DNA of 64,000 bases from an uncultured Thalassospiraceae bacterium (GCA_965368165.1 CBDULT010000004.1:90349-154348); one strand, 5' to 3'; shown: positions 1 through 10,481, counted from the stretch's first letter. The notes: generated by a model not told the origin, from the sequence alone. Program-made: numbers and translations.

Positions 1-1
1 A

Positions 2-1099
2 AAAGGGCAGGGAGCGTTACATGTTGCTCTATTAGAGGCGCAAACCCGCGACCTCGTTAAATTTGCTCAAAATAAAGCTCAAGAATTTAGGAATCAGGCA
101 AATCAAAAAGAAAAAACGGCTTTGATCCTTGTGTCGGTTATCTTGGGGGTCGCTGTGTTTATCGCTATGGCGATTGCTTTTTGGGTTGTAAGAAATCTAA
201 AGAAAAATCGCAAAGAAGATGCGCGCCGGACAAACCTTATAGACCAGAATATTTTTATCGCATGGCTGGACCAGGATGGTAGGATATCGGATATCAGCAA
301 TCATTTAGCCCGATTGATTGGTACCGAAAAGAAACATCTTGTTGGGCAGTCTTCAAAAGCCATTCTTGGTGACGAAGGCCACCAGGAAGATGCCGATGAA
401 ATTCTGAGTGTTGTGCGAAGTGGAAAAATTTGGCGCGGAGAAATCAGGCACCTAGACAAAGAAGGCCAAGTTCACTGGTTACTTTCTGAGGTTCACCCAG
501 AGTTAGATGAGATGTTTGAGGTCATTGGATTTTCGATCATCTATCAAGATGTCTCAGATAAGAAAATTTCTGTCACTGATAAACTCACAGGCTTGCCCAA
601 TCGTCGTAGTTTCGACGCCACAATTGAACACGAAATTCGCCTCGCCAGACGGGATGATAAATGCCTAACCTTGGCGATATTGGATGTAGATTATTTTAAA
701 TTGTATAATGACACCTACGGGCATCCCCAAGGTGACATTGTCTTGAGTCGAGTTGCTAAGGTTATTAAAGACACCATGCGCCGCCCAGGGGATTACGTTA
801 GCCGGATTGGTGGAGAAGAGTTCGCCATTTTGTTTAGTGGTAATAATGCTGTGCAGTCACAAAAGGCTCTGGAGATGGTTGCAACTGCCGTTGAGCAAAT
901 GAAGGTTCCTCATGGAAAAAGTGATGTGAGTGAATATGTGACAATCTCCATCGGCGCGATGGTTATTGCAGGCGTCAAACTACCAGGAGTTGAAGAACTC
1001 TACGTGCAGGCTGACCGCACGCTTTACATGGCGAAGAAGAAACGTAATAGGGTCGTTGTTCAAGAAGGCAACGTTACCTCAATATCCGTGTCAAATTAA
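2..1099 (+). CDS. Sensor diguanylate cyclase (TM helix, PAS-like, GGDEF); 5' end lies outside the window
   Basis: The reading frame is open from nt 2, with no stop upstream of the listed TTG at 122, so the gene is truncated by the window edge. It has a hydrophobic helix (ILVSVILGVAVFIAMAIAFWVV) and a GGEEF active site (RIGGEEFAILF). An RxxD I-site (RPGD) lies 5 residues upstream of that motif. Confidence 0.85.
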   Translation, partial: KGQGALHVALLEAQTRDLVKFAQNKAQEFRNQANQKEKTALILVSVILGVAVFIAMAIAFWVVRNLKKNRKEDARRTNLIDQNIFIAWLDQDGRISDISNHLARLIGTEKKHLVGQSSKAILGDEGHQEDADEILSVVRSGKIWRGEIRHLDKEGQVHWLLSEVHPELDEMFEVIGFSIIYQDVSDKKISVTDKLTGLPNRRSFDATIEHEIRLARRDDKCLTLAILDVDYFKLYNDTYGHPQGDIVLSRVAKVIKDTMRRPGDYVSRIGGEEFAILFSGNNAVQSQKALEMVATAVEQMKVPHGKSDVSEYVTISIGAMVIAGVKLPGVEELYVQADRTLYMAKKKRNRVVVQEGNVTSISVSN

Positions 1100-1197
1100 T
1101 CGATTAATTCACGGATTGTCCAAGCTACAGGCCCCCAGGCCCCAGGGCTTCGGGTGCGGGTGATTGAGAGGCCTGGATGACTTGCCAATTTCTTGAG

Positions 1198-2628
1198 CTA
1201 TATTTTATAGCCCATGCGCATGCCACCCCAGTGGCGGCCTTTGACAACGATTGGGCTGGCAACATCTTTCATCAGGACAAAGTTTCCGCCACCCAAATCA
1301 CGACGATAGGTTTGAACAAGGACTGGTTTTTGGTTTTGTCCTGCTGTTAACCCCGTTCTATCGTTAAATATCCGTCTGTTGCGGCAGTTACCATTATTCC
1401 ATACAGGATCATTCCCTTGTGGTTTTGAAACGGCCTTCATATGGGTTGGCAGATAACCATTGCGGTCTACGGCTGCAATAAAAGCAATTTGGTCATGGCC
1501 TTGGGCGGTTGGTTCCTGAATTGGCGGCATCACACGGTCCGTAAAGTCCAGAAACTTGGTGGTCACTTGCTCAGGGTCGGTACCAGCAATTGGAACGTAG
1601 TTTTCGTCGAAGAGGTCTTCAAGAGAGATTTCTCCTTTATCGACGGCTTCTTCAAATATCTTCGATACTTTTTTGGCTGTGTCCTGAACAATATCTAAGA
1701 AAATGGTGTCATCGGTGGTAAAGCCACTGACAGCAATGAAATTCATCATTGATTCCGTTTCTCCCAGGGCTTTGGTAATCCGGGAGTCAGCGGACTTAAG
1801 GTTGTCACTGGTGACAGCTAAGCCTTCAACCATTTCTTCCACATCATTGTTGACTTGGTTGCATTGGTCCAGGCTGGTGTGAGCTGCGCTTGTAATGGAT
1901 TCAACCTGGCCTTCAACTAAGCCAAAGGAATCTGCAAAACTATTTATGGCCTCTTCAATTGCGGCAACGCCTGTGTTGACATGTTTGGCGGCAGAAATAG
2001 TTGTGGTTGATTCAGTAATCAGGCTTTCAATTTGATTGGTCAAAGCGTTAACGGTTTCATTAATCCGTTCCGTGGCCTTAGCTGTCTGATTGGCAAGAGC
2101 TTTGACTTCCCCCGCAACGACGGCAAACCCTTTACCAGCCTCTCCCGCCCGAGCCGCTTCAATGGTTGCGTTCAAAGCGAGAAGGTTTGTCTGTTTGGCA
2201 ATGGTTTGAATGCCTTCGGCAATTTCAGAAACCCCTTTAAGGGACCCATCAAGATCTTCCAAGCGTTTTTCGATGGTTGTTACTGAGTTGACAAGGTTTG
2301 TAATGCCATCAACCGCAGATGTGATGGTCTCGCGAGACTCATTGAGTTGCTGATCCGCTTCCTGAGTAACACTGCTGGTTTCCTGTCCGGCATTGTCGAC
2401 CTCAGTAATCGCCGTAGTCAATTGAGATATAAGATCACTCAAATGTCCAAAGGTTGTTACTTGGTCAGATATAAATACCGAAACTTCTTCGACGGTCCCA
2501 GCCGTCTCAGCCATTTCCAAGCTGACAACTTCAGCTTGCTTTAGGGTATTTCTTGCAAAATTATCGGCACGCTCTCTTAGTTCTGCCGCGTCAATATTGA
2601 CGTCGACTTCTGTTGTTGTTTCCAACAT
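1198..2628 (-). CDS. Soluble methyl-accepting chemotaxis protein with the signalling domain N-terminal and a putative sensory domain C-terminal
   Basis: Contains the conserved MCP hairpin-tip sequence [31 protein letters not shown]. No TM segment is evident. ATG at 2628 is preceded by GGGGAGAAG. The C-terminal ~190 aa (..[34 protein letters not shown]) are not part of the signalling domain. Confidence 0.85.
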   Translation of the reverse strand: MLETTTEVDVNIDAAELRERADNFARNTLKQAEVVSLEMAETAGTVEEVSVFISDQVTTFGHLSDLISQLTTAITEVDNAGQETSSVTQEADQQLNESRETITSAVDGITNLVNSVTTIEKRLEDLDGSLKGVSEIAEGIQTIAKQTNLLALNATIEAARAGEAGKGFAVVAGEVKALANQTAKATERINETVNALTNQIESLITESTTTISAAKHVNTGVAAIEEAINSFADSFGLVEGQVESITSAAHTSLDQCNQVNNDVEEMVEGLAVTSDNLKSADSRITKALGETESMMNFIAVSGFTTDDTIFLDIVQDTAKKVSKIFEEAVDKGEISLEDLFDENYVPIAGTDPEQVTTKFLDFTDRVMPPIQEPTAQGHDQIAFIAAVDRNGYLPTHMKAVSKPQGNDPVWNNGNCRNRRIFNDRTGLTAGQNQKPVLVQTYRRDLGGGNFVLMKDVASPIVVKGRHWGGMRMGYKI

Positions 2629-2993
2629 ACTTCTCCCCGGGTATCATTTGTTGTGTCATTCAACACATTATTAGACCTGGAGCTCTTATAAGTGGCACCA
2701 TTTTCTCCTGTAATACAAAGACAGACTTCCAACTATCCTCGTACACTCCCTATAAGGGATATTGATCTGTCTAAAGGTTTAAAGCAAGCTGAATAGCTTA
2801 ATAATTAGACATAATGGCTACTGATAAGGAAATGACCTGATAAGTTTGCCTTTGAAATGGGGTGAGCCGTTGTTTTTGCCTATTGTTTAAGCCGAGTACA
2901 TTATCTTGCTGCTGCTTGAAAGATATTTAGACTTGTTATTACGTCCTTAAGTAGATTAATTTTGAACCAAGAAATCTAAGGAAAGGATCATCA

Positions 2994-3200
2994 ATGAATA
3001 AGATACTTCCACAGCAGGAGCTATTCCTGGAATTGCTCAAGATGTCCGGTGACATTGCGGTCGCAACGGGTGATGACGATACGATCATTCAACGAACCCT
3101 GAAAGAGTGTAAAACGAAAGGGTGGGTAAAGCTTTCTCCTTTTGGTGCTGGTTTTAATAAAGTGAGCATTACTCCTGCCGGTCGAACACAAATTAAGTAG
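2994..3200 (+). CDS. Small hypothetical protein (68 aa)
   Basis: ATG preceded by AAGGAAAGGA. It lies 36 nt upstream of pepN on the same strand. No recognisable motif. Confidence 0.4.
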   Translation: MNKILPQQELFLELLKMSGDIAVATGDDDTIIQRTLKECKTKGWVKLSPFGAGFNKVSITPAGRTQIK

Positions 3201-3235
3201 CGGCTGTTTAAGCCGATTTAAAATACTGGAGGACT

Positions 3236-5863
3236 ATGTTGTCGGGTCAGCCAAAGGCTATTGAACGCAAAAATTATCGAAAACCTGAATTCCAAATCAA
3301 AAAGGCGGAATTTATTTTCGATTTAGAAGATGAAGCTACTAAAGTAATCAGTCGTCTTTCTGTCGGGAAAGAGGGCAACCAGGGGGGCAATAATCCCCCT
3401 TTTATTTTGGATGGCGAAGACCTTACCCTTCATTCTGTGAAGCTTGATGGTGTCCCTTTAGGGGAGGCTGATTACACCCTTTCAAGCACATCTCTGACAA
3501 TTAATTCATTGCCGGATCAATTCCTTTTAGAAATTGAAACTGAAGTAAACCCCGCCGGGAATAGCAAGCTTGAGGGGCTTTATCTTTCTAGCGGCAACTT
3601 TTGCACCCAATGCGAGGCAGAAGGGTTTCGTCGCATTACCTATTTTCCAGACCGCCCAGATGTTTTGACGACCTACAGGGTAACGATCCGAGCCGATAAG
3701 AAAAAATATCCAATTTTGCTGTCTAACGGCAACCTGGAAAAAGAAGGTGATTTAGAAGCCGGGCGTCATTTTGCGGTTTGGCATGACCCTTTCCCAAAAC
3801 CCAGCTATCTGTTCGCTCTTGTTGCGGGAAACCTTGCGAAGGTTGAGGACAGCTTTACGACAGCTTCAGGGCGTAAGGTTGCCTTAAGAATTTTTGTTGA
3901 GCCAGGGAACGAAGATCGCTGTGCTTATGCTATGGATTCACTTAAGCGATCCATGGCGTGGGACGAAGAGGTCTACGGCCTTGAGTATGACCTTGACCTG
4001 TTCAATATCGTTGCTGTCAGCGATTTCAACATGGGGGCCATGGAGAACAAAAGCCTAAACGTTTTTAACTCTAAGTATGTTCTCGCTAACTCAGAAACCG
4101 CGACCGATGCGGATTATGGCAATATTGAAGCCATTGTCGCCCATGAGTATTTTCACAATTGGACAGGTAACCGGGTAACCTGTCGGGATTGGTTCCAACT
4201 CAGCCTCAAAGAGGGTTTAACGGTCTTTCGCGATCAGGAGTTTTCCAGCGATATGCGCTCCCGCCCCGTCCAAAGGATTGGTGATGTTCGTATGCTGCGG
4301 GGGCGACAGTTTGTGGAAGATGCCGGGCCTTTGGCTCATCCAGTACGCCCAGATTCCTATATTGAAATCAATAATTTTTATACAGCAACGGTCTACGAAA
4401 AAGGGGCCGAAGTTATCCGCATGATGCATCGCTTGCTGGGGGGCGAGAACTTCCGCAAAGGGATTGACCTGTACTTTGAGCGCCATGATGGACAAGCCGT
4501 GACCTGTGATGATTTTGTCCAGGCGATGGAAGACGCTTCAGGGGTCGATTTAAAACAATTCCGCACTTGGTATAGCCAGGCCGGAACACCAACAGTTGAG
4601 GCTGTGGGGGTCTTTAAAGAAGAGGCTAAGGAATATCACCTAACCCTTAAGCAATGGACAGAACCAACACCGGGGCAAGCGACAAAAGAACCGCTGCATA
4701 TTCCTTTTGTCGTGGGGCTCCTCGATGAAGGAGGGCGTGAAATTAACCGCCCGGATACCCAAAGACCCTTAGATTTCACAAAGTCTGAACAGACATTCAT
4801 CTTTAAAAACGTTGCCTCCCGTCCAACCCCCTCCTTAAACCGTGGTTTTTCGGCTCCGGTTTATTTGAAGAGTAATCTTGAGGATAAAGAGCAGGCTTTT
4901 TTAATGGCGAAGGATACGGACCCCTTTGCCCGTTGGGAAGCCGGACAGCAATATGCAACGAAAATTCTTTTGGAGATGGCGACGGGTCAAACGCAAGCCC
5001 TCAATCAGGAATTCATCCAGGCCATTGGTGGCAACTTAACTGACCCCTCCCTGGATAAAGCCTTCGCAGCCCTCGCCATTTCTTTGCCTGATGAAGATTT
5101 TCTGGCTGAGCAGATGGTGGTGGTTGATATTGACGGCATTCACCAAGCCCGCAAGACTCTTAAAAAAGCCATTGCCCAAAGATTTGAAGATAAATTCTAT
5201 GAAGTCTATCGCGGCAACCTCTCAAATCAAACTTACGAGCCAACCGCAGAACAAGCGGGGCAACGCTCCCTTAAAAATGCGGCCTTGAGTTATATTTCAG
5301 CCCTGGAAACAGCGCAGTCAACGGCTTTGGTTGCCGACCAATATCGCTCTGCTGACAATATGACTGATGCTATGGCGGCCTTGATTTGCCTCAATGATAT
5401 GGAAACGCCAGAGCGGCAAACCTCTCTTGATCATTTTTATGATCGCTTTAAAGAGGATGGCAATGTGGTGGATAAATGGTTGGCGTTGCAGGCAAAATCG
5501 ACGGTTCCTGGAACATTGGAGCGGGTTACGGATTTATTGACTCACGAAGCCTTCACCCTCAAAAACCCGAATAAAGTTCGGTCGCTGATCGGTGTGTTTG
5601 CCATCGCCAACCCGTTGAATTTCCATGCTAAAAATGGTTCGGGTTATGGTTTCCTTGCGGACAGGGTCATTGAGCTAAATGAGATCAACCCTCAAGTCGC
5701 GGCCCGCATGATCCAGCCCTTAGGGCGTTGGCAGAAATTTGATGGTGATCGCCAAGACCTCATGAAAGAAGCCCTTGAAAGGGTGCTAAATACGCCTAAC
5801 TTAGCCAAAGACATATATGAGATTGCGAGTAAATCTCTCGGCAAAGAGAGGGAAATAACTTAA
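3236..5863 (+). CDS. pepN: Aminopeptidase N (M1 family zinc metallopeptidase)
   Basis: GAMEN exopeptidase motif, HEYFHNWTGN zinc motif (HExxH) and downstream WFQLSLKEG glutamate ligand. 875 aa. GGAGG RBS upstream of the ATG. Confidence 0.95.
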   Translation: MLSGQPKAIERKNYRKPEFQIKKAEFIFDLEDEATKVISRLSVGKEGNQGGNNPPFILDGEDLTLHSVKLDGVPLGEADYTLSSTSLTINSLPDQFLLEIETEVNPAGNSKLEGLYLSSGNFCTQCEAEGFRRITYFPDRPDVLTTYRVTIRADKKKYPILLSNGNLEKEGDLEAGRHFAVWHDPFPKPSYLFALVAGNLAKVEDSFTTASGRKVALRIFVEPGNEDRCAYAMDSLKRSMAWDEEVYGLEYDLDLFNIVAVSDFNMGAMENKSLNVFNSKYVLANSETATDADYGNIEAIVAHEYFHNWTGNRVTCRDWFQLSLKEGLTVFRDQEFSSDMRSRPVQRIGDVRMLRGRQFVEDAGPLAHPVRPDSYIEINNFYTATVYEKGAEVIRMMHRLLGGENFRKGIDLYFERHDGQAVTCDDFVQAMEDASGVDLKQFRTWYSQAGTPTVEAVGVFKEEAKEYHLTLKQWTEPTPGQATKEPLHIPFVVGLLDEGGREINRPDTQRPLDFTKSEQTFIFKNVASRPTPSLNRGFSAPVYLKSNLEDKEQAFLMAKDTDPFARWEAGQQYATKILLEMATGQTQALNQEFIQAIGGNLTDPSLDKAFAALAISLPDEDFLAEQMVVVDIDGIHQARKTLKKAIAQRFEDKFYEVYRGNLSNQTYEPTAEQAGQRSLKNAALSYISALETAQSTALVADQYRSADNMTDAMAALICLNDMETPERQTSLDHFYDRFKEDGNVVDKWLALQAKSTVPGTLERVTDLLTHEAFTLKNPNKVRSLIGVFAIANPLNFHAKNGSGYGFLADRVIELNEINPQVAARMIQPLGRWQKFDGDRQDLMKEALERVLNTPNLAKDIYEIASKSLGKEREIT

Positions 5864-5972
5864 TTTCGATTAAGGCTTTTCCCTATGAAAATTGCTATTT
5901 ATGGCGTTTTTCCGCCGTAAAAACAGGCGTATTATTCGATCGTTTTGTGATCGTTCAGCTATAAGGAAAAGC

Positions 5973-7763
5973 ATGCCCCCCAGACCGGATCGGCCTAAAA
6001 GTAAGAACCTCGCACCTCTTAAACGGGCGAGCGTTTTTCTTAAACCTTACACGAAAACAATTTTCTTTGCCTTTCTGGCCCTGTTGATTACATCCGGAGC
6101 CGTTTTGGGATTGGGAACCGGGCTGCGGTTTCTTGTTGATCAAGGGATAGGGCAGGGGGACGGGGCTTTTCTTGATCGTGCCTTGTGGGGGATGTTGGGG
6201 GTTGTTTTGCTCTTCTCTCTTGGCACTTACGCTCGTTTTTATATGGTGACCTGGCTGGGAGAGAAGGTGGTCGCTGATATTCGTAATGCCGTCTATGCTC
6301 AGGTTTTAAAGCTGAGTCCCGGCTTTTTTGAAGTCACCAAAACAGGGGAAATTCTTTCCCGCCTAACTACAGATACTACCCTGCTTCAAACCGTGATTGG
6401 GTCCTCGGTTTCTCTTGCTTTACGCAATATCCTAATGTTGATCGGGGGGGTGATTATGTTGGTGGTGACCAATGCTAAACTTGCCGGTTTAGTTGCCCTC
6501 GTCGTGCCCGTTGTGGTTATTCCGATCATTGTTTATGGACGTAAAGTTCGCCAGCTTTCTCGAGATAGTCAGGATAAGGTTGCGGGAGTAGGGGCCTTTG
6601 CTGAGGAAAGCCTTAACGGTATCCGCACGGTTCAAGCTTTTGGTCATGAACAACAAGACCGTCAACGCTTCGATGGTGAAGTTCAGGAAGCCTTTAAAAC
6701 AGCCATAAATCGAACCAGGGCGCGGGCTTCATTGTCGGCAATCGTTATCTTTCTGGTTTTTGGGGCTATTGGAATTATTCTTTGGGCAGGGGGGCATGAC
6801 GTTCTTGAAGGGGAGATAACCCCTGGCGAACTTTCAGCTTTCTTGTTCTACGCCGTAATTGTCGCGGCGTCTACAGGGGCCGTGAGTGAAGTCTTTGGTG
6901 ACTTGCAGCGGGCTGCCGGGGCGACAGAACGGTTGATGGAGCTTTTAGAAACTCAGCCGGAAATTTCTGCTCCTGAAAAACCCAGCCCCTTGCCTGTACC
7001 GACCCAAGGGGCCGTCACTTTTTCAGATGTTGATTTCCTCTACCCGTCTCGACCTGATTATAAAGCCCTTGGTGGCTTTTCTTTGGATGTTAAGCCAGGA
7101 GAAACCCTCGCTCTTGTCGGCCCGTCTGGGGCCGGGAAGAGTACAATTTTTCAGCTTATCCTGCGGTTTTATGATCCAAATAAAGGGACTGTTTGTTTCG
7201 ATGGAGTCGATCTTAGAGATGTTGATCCTGAAGTTGTTCGTCGTCATATCGGTCTGGTCCCTCAAGACCCAGTAATCTTCGCAGCGAATGCCATGGAAAA
7301 TATCCGTTACGGCAAGCCAGAAGCCAGCGATGAGGAAGTGCGAGCAGCGGCTGATGCCGCCGCAGCCCTGGAATTTATTGAAAAACTCCCTCAAGGCTTT
7401 CAAAGCTTTTTGGGAGAAAAGGGCGTCAGGCTATCTGGGGGACAAAAACAAAGAATCGCCATCGCGCGGGCTCTTTTGCGTGACCCTGAGCTTTTGCTAC
7501 TAGATGAAGCTACCAGTGCGCTTGATGCAGAAAGTGAAAAGCTGGTTCAAGGCGCTTTGGATAAATTGATGAAAGGGCGAACCACTTTAATTATCGCTCA
7601 CCGCTTGGCAACCGTGGTCAACGCAGACCGGATTGCGGTTATTGATGAGGGGCGGCTTATTGCAACGGGCCCCCACGACCAATTAATTGAAACCAACCCC
7701 CTTTACGCACGGCTCGCCAAGCTTCAATTCTCGGCTAAGAATGAAGTTCTTGTCGCCGAGTAG
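5973..7763 (+). CDS. ABC transporter, fused permease/ATP-binding protein (ABCB/MsbA-like exporter)
   Basis: N-terminal six-helix TMD followed by Walker A GPSGAGKST, signature LSGGQKQR and Walker B LLLLDEATSALD. I prefer ATG 5973 (AAGGA RBS) over the ORF-track start at 5892. Confidence 0.9.
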   Translation: MPPRPDRPKSKNLAPLKRASVFLKPYTKTIFFAFLALLITSGAVLGLGTGLRFLVDQGIGQGDGAFLDRALWGMLGVVLLFSLGTYARFYMVTWLGEKVVADIRNAVYAQVLKLSPGFFEVTKTGEILSRLTTDTTLLQTVIGSSVSLALRNILMLIGGVIMLVVTNAKLAGLVALVVPVVVIPIIVYGRKVRQLSRDSQDKVAGVGAFAEESLNGIRTVQAFGHEQQDRQRFDGEVQEAFKTAINRTRARASLSAIVIFLVFGAIGIILWAGGHDVLEGEITPGELSAFLFYAVIVAASTGAVSEVFGDLQRAAGATERLMELLETQPEISAPEKPSPLPVPTQGAVTFSDVDFLYPSRPDYKALGGFSLDVKPGETLALVGPSGAGKSTIFQLILRFYDPNKGTVCFDGVDLRDVDPEVVRRHIGLVPQDPVIFAANAMENIRYGKPEASDEEVRAAADAAAALEFIEKLPQGFQSFLGEKGVRLSGGQKQRIAIARALLRDPELLLLDEATSALDAESEKLVQGALDKLMKGRTTLIIAHRLATVVNADRIAVIDEGRLIATGPHDQLIETNPLYARLAKLQFSAKNEVLVAE

Positions 7764-7811
7764 GGCTTCGCGGTAAAAAGCCAAACCTGAATATTATGAG
7801 AGAACGAATTG

Positions 7812-8468
7812 ATGAGTCCGACCAACCAGAGCCAAACTTACGGAGATTTCACCTTAACCGTTGTGGTGACCGATCCTCCTTATTTTGAAAATTGCTATAT
7901 CGTTAAGCACGATCCGACGGGTGAACAAATTGCTATTGATCCCGGCAGTGCCCCGGGACGTATCCTTGAGGCCGTTAATGCCGATGGCGGAAGCTTAAAA
8001 GAAATTTGGCTGACCCATGGGCACCCAGACCACATTGGTGCCGTTAAGGCCATCCAGGAGACCACAGGCGTCACCTGTCGCGCCCACAGGGATGAAGAAC
8101 AACTCATCGACAATGCCCCCGCCTGGGCTCAATCCATGGGCATGAGTGTCGAAGCCCCCTCAAGCTGTGAGTATTACGATAATGACGTCTCACTGACCTT
8201 GGGCGGGGAGCCTGTCAGGGTTATCGAAACCCCAGGGCATACGCCGGGTGGTGTTTGTTATGATTTTGGGGCTTTCGTGATTACGGGGGACACTCTTTTC
8301 TGCCAAGGAATCGGCCGCACAGACTTCCCCGGTGGAAATTCCCAACAACTGGCCTCTTCGATTACCAGTTTGCTTAGCATGGTTGATGATCAAAGCTTCC
8401 TGTTCAGTGGTCATGGCCCTGAATGGCGGGCCGATGATGCGGAACGTTGGTGGAAATCAATGTTTTAA
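7812..8468 (+). CDS. MBL-fold metallo-hydrolase (glyoxalase II-like)
   Basis: HGHPDH (HxHxDH) metal-binding motif, plus later GHTPG and the D/H ligands typical of the metallo-beta-lactamase fold. ATG at 7812 lies just inside the TTG-initiated ORF. Confidence 0.8.
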   Translation: MSPTNQSQTYGDFTLTVVVTDPPYFENCYIVKHDPTGEQIAIDPGSAPGRILEAVNADGGSLKEIWLTHGHPDHIGAVKAIQETTGVTCRAHRDEEQLIDNAPAWAQSMGMSVEAPSSCEYYDNDVSLTLGGEPVRVIETPGHTPGGVCYDFGAFVITGDTLFCQGIGRTDFPGGNSQQLASSITSLLSMVDDQSFLFSGHGPEWRADDAERWWKSMF

Positions 8469-8480
8469 GGTTTAAAACCT

Positions 8481-9101
8481 TTAAACCTTAGGAACGGCCA
8501 TGCCTCTTTGTACGGCGGGCCGTTCATCGATTCGATCTAACCACCCCTCAATGTTGGGATATTTTTCACTGTCCATTTCTAGCATGTTGAACCCGACACT
8601 CACCCACGGGTAGGTGGCTATATCGGCGATAGAATAGTTGCCAGCGAGATAATCAGACCCATTAAGAGTTTTTTCCATTACCCCAAAAAGACGATGGGTC
8701 TCGGTTTCATAACGGTTAATGGCGTAGGGAATTTTTTCGTTAGAAAATCGGGCGAAGTGACTGAATTGACCCATCATGGGGCCGATTCCTCCCATTTGGA
8801 ACATCAACCAGGACATGACCTGACTGCGAGCTGGTTCTTGTTTAGGGAGAAACTTACCCGTTTTCTCAGCAAGATAAATAAGAATCGCCCCCGACTCGAA
8901 AATGGATGTCGGTCCACCAACGCCGTCATGGTCAACAATTGCCGGGATTTTATTATTGGGACTGATTTTTAGAAAGTCAGGAGCAAACTGCTCATCTTTA
9001 CCGATGTTAATGGGATGGACTTTATAGTCCAAGCCGCATTCTTCAAGCATAATAGAAGGTTTGCGCCCGTTTGGAGTCGTCCAGGTATAAAGATCAATCA
9101 C
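8481..9101 (-). CDS. yfcG: Glutathione S-transferase, YfcG-like (disulfide-bond reductase type)
   Basis: The N-terminus IDLY..TPNG.K....LEE.GLDY......G.QF.PDFLKISPNNKIPAIVDHDG and SGAILIYLAEKTGKF closely recall E. coli YfcG. The GTG at 9101 gives MIDLY with AGGA 8 nt upstream. The longest ORF starts at TTG 9119. Confidence 0.8.
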   Translation of the reverse strand: MIDLYTWTTPNGRKPSIMLEECGLDYKVHPINIGKDEQFAPDFLKISPNNKIPAIVDHDGVGGPTSIFESGAILIYLAEKTGKFLPKQEPARSQVMSWLMFQMGGIGPMMGQFSHFARFSNEKIPYAINRYETETHRLFGVMEKTLNGSDYLAGNYSIADIATYPWVSVGFNMLEMDSEKYPNIEGWLDRIDERPAVQRGMAVPKV

Positions 9102-9203
9102 GATATAAATCCTACTCAAAAATAAAAATATTATTGGTAGCTATATAGATTAGATGGTTTTTTGCGCAATAGGAGGAATTTTTAGGGGAATTATTCTATA
9201 GGT

Positions 9204-9278
9204 TGGCTGGAGAGGAGGGATTCGAACCCCCGACCGGGCGGTTAACAGCCGCCTGCTCTACCACTGAGCTACTCTCCA
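9204..9278 (-). tRNA. tRNA-Asn (anticodon GUU)
   Basis: The reverse complement folds as a cloverleaf: acceptor TGGAGAG/CTCTCCA, D arm GCTC-AGTGGTA-GAGC, anticodon arm GGCGG-CTGTTAA-CCGCC (GTT), T arm GGGGG-TTCGAAT-CCCTC. Discriminator is G and CCA is encoded. Confidence 0.93.
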
Positions 9279-9315
9279 TAACCTACGTCTTCTTCCGTGT
9301 CCCATGCTTCCAAAG

Positions 9316-9389
9316 TGGAGGCGCGGGCCGGAATCGAACCGACGTCAAAGGATTTGCAATCCTCTGCATAGCCATTCTGCCACCGCGCC
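9316..9389 (-). tRNA. tRNA-Cys (anticodon GCA)
   Basis: The reverse complement is GGCGCGGTGGCAGAATGGCTATGCAGAGGATTGCAAATCCTTTGACGTCGGTTCGATTCCGGCCCGCGCCTCCA. It has a perfect 7-bp acceptor stem, anticodon loop TTGCAAA, T loop TTCGATT, discriminator U and encoded CCA. Confidence 0.93.
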
Positions 9390-9480
9390 CTAACTATGTA
9401 AGGGCCACTGAAACCATCTTGTGCTGAATTCACCAAGGTGTCTCAGTTGGTGTCAGGGGCTCTCTGTACCGGACGCCGGG

Positions 9481-9509
9481 AAAATAGACAGGAGAATTGG
9501 GCGGGTCAA
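9481..9509 (-). promoter_or_regulatory. Candidate sigma70-type promoter for the tRNA-Cys/tRNA-Asn transcript
   Basis: The minus strand reads TTGACC, a 17-nt spacer, then TATTTT, about 90 nt upstream of the tRNA-Cys 5' end. Based on sequence match only. Confidence 0.3.
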
Positions 9510-9657
9510 GCAACGGTTTTCAATAAATCGACTTTTTTTTCATTTTTTTCATTTATTCTGGGGAAACACTGCCATTGTGCTATGTTCTCTGTCGGATTAT
9601 ATATCCGTCTGTTATTTTTGTTTTTCACTTTGAATTACTCAATTGGATTATCTGGCT

Positions 9658-10314
9658 ATGAGTTATGAACTCCATCGCAAGAATATGGTTGAAGGCCAAG
9701 TTATGCCCAACCGTGTTAAAGACCCTCTGGTTATTGAGGCAATGTATGCGATCCCTCGGGAGAAGTTTGTCCCCAAGGAAAAACGCGCCGTTGCTTACAT
9801 TGACGAAGCTTTAGGTATTGGCAACGGACGTTATTTGATGGAGCCGATGGTTCTGGCTCGTTTGTTGGATGCCGCCGATATCCAGGATGATGATACCGTT
9901 TTAGACGTTGCTTGTGGCACTGGATACTCAAGTGCTGTCATTGCAAAGATTGCTGGCATTGTCGTGGCACTGGAAAACGACTCGGCACTTTCTAAGATAG
10001 CGACGGCAACTCTTAACAAAATGGGGCTGGACAATGCCGTGGTTGTGGATGGCAGCCTTGAACAGGGATATGCCAAGCAAGGCCCTTACAATGTGATCTT
10101 TATTAATGGGGCGGTAGGCTCTGTTCCGGATGCGATTATTGATCAATTGGCTGAAGGTGGTCGATTGGTAACCATCGTTGTTGGCCCTGATGGGGTTGGT
10201 CGCGGTACTTTGATTGTTCGCAAAAACGGATTGATCTCATCACGAGACTTGTTTGACGCAGGGACCCCGGTCCTTGCAGAGTTTCCTGTGACACCAAAGG
10301 CCTTTGCCTTTTAA
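9658..10314 (+). CDS. pcm: Protein-L-isoaspartate O-methyltransferase
   Basis: SAM-binding motif VLDVACGTGYSSAVIA. The size and N-terminal MVEGQV..R...V..A....PRE.FVP are typical of Pcm. ATG 9658 is preferred over TTG 9643. Confidence 0.85.
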   Translation: MSYELHRKNMVEGQVMPNRVKDPLVIEAMYAIPREKFVPKEKRAVAYIDEALGIGNGRYLMEPMVLARLLDAADIQDDDTVLDVACGTGYSSAVIAKIAGIVVALENDSALSKIATATLNKMGLDNAVVVDGSLEQGYAKQGPYNVIFINGAVGSVPDAIIDQLAEGGRLVTIVVGPDGVGRGTLIVRKNGLISSRDLFDAGTPVLAEFPVTPKAFAF

Positions 10315-10481
10315 AAAAAGAATTTGCGGCACTGGTAAACTATTCGTAACGTTCTATCTTTAGTGTCTCAAACCAATTTGTTGTTAACTTATTTGTATGG
10401 CTTGTATCAAGCTGTTGGAAACGTTGCTAATTGAGTTAGATAGCGATAAGCTAATATACGTTTTATTTTAAGGGGAAGATC

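Noticed and set aside
5892-5972. N-terminal extensions given by the longest-ORF track: the ABC exporter from 5892, serC from 30141, the SDR from 45261 and the GST from 9119.
   Set aside because: Internal ATG or GTG codons with proper Shine-Dalgarno sequences give N-termini matching the conserved family starts. The extensions are basic or low-complexity, or overlap the upstream gene.
9204-9657. A tRNA pair as a possible integration hotspot or genomic-island boundary, and a possible small RNA (SRP/6S-like) in the 270-bp spacer.
   Set aside because: There is no integrase, no direct repeat of a tRNA 3' end and no mobility gene on either side. Flanking genes are housekeeping. I could not find the conserved SRP or other ncRNA signature strings.
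9203-9668. ORFs of 70-76 aa overlapping or following the tRNA genes (9203..9427, 9421..9633, 9438..9668).
   Set aside because: The first is antisense to two well-folding tRNAs. The others run through a T-rich, low-complexity promoter region with no RBS and implausible composition.
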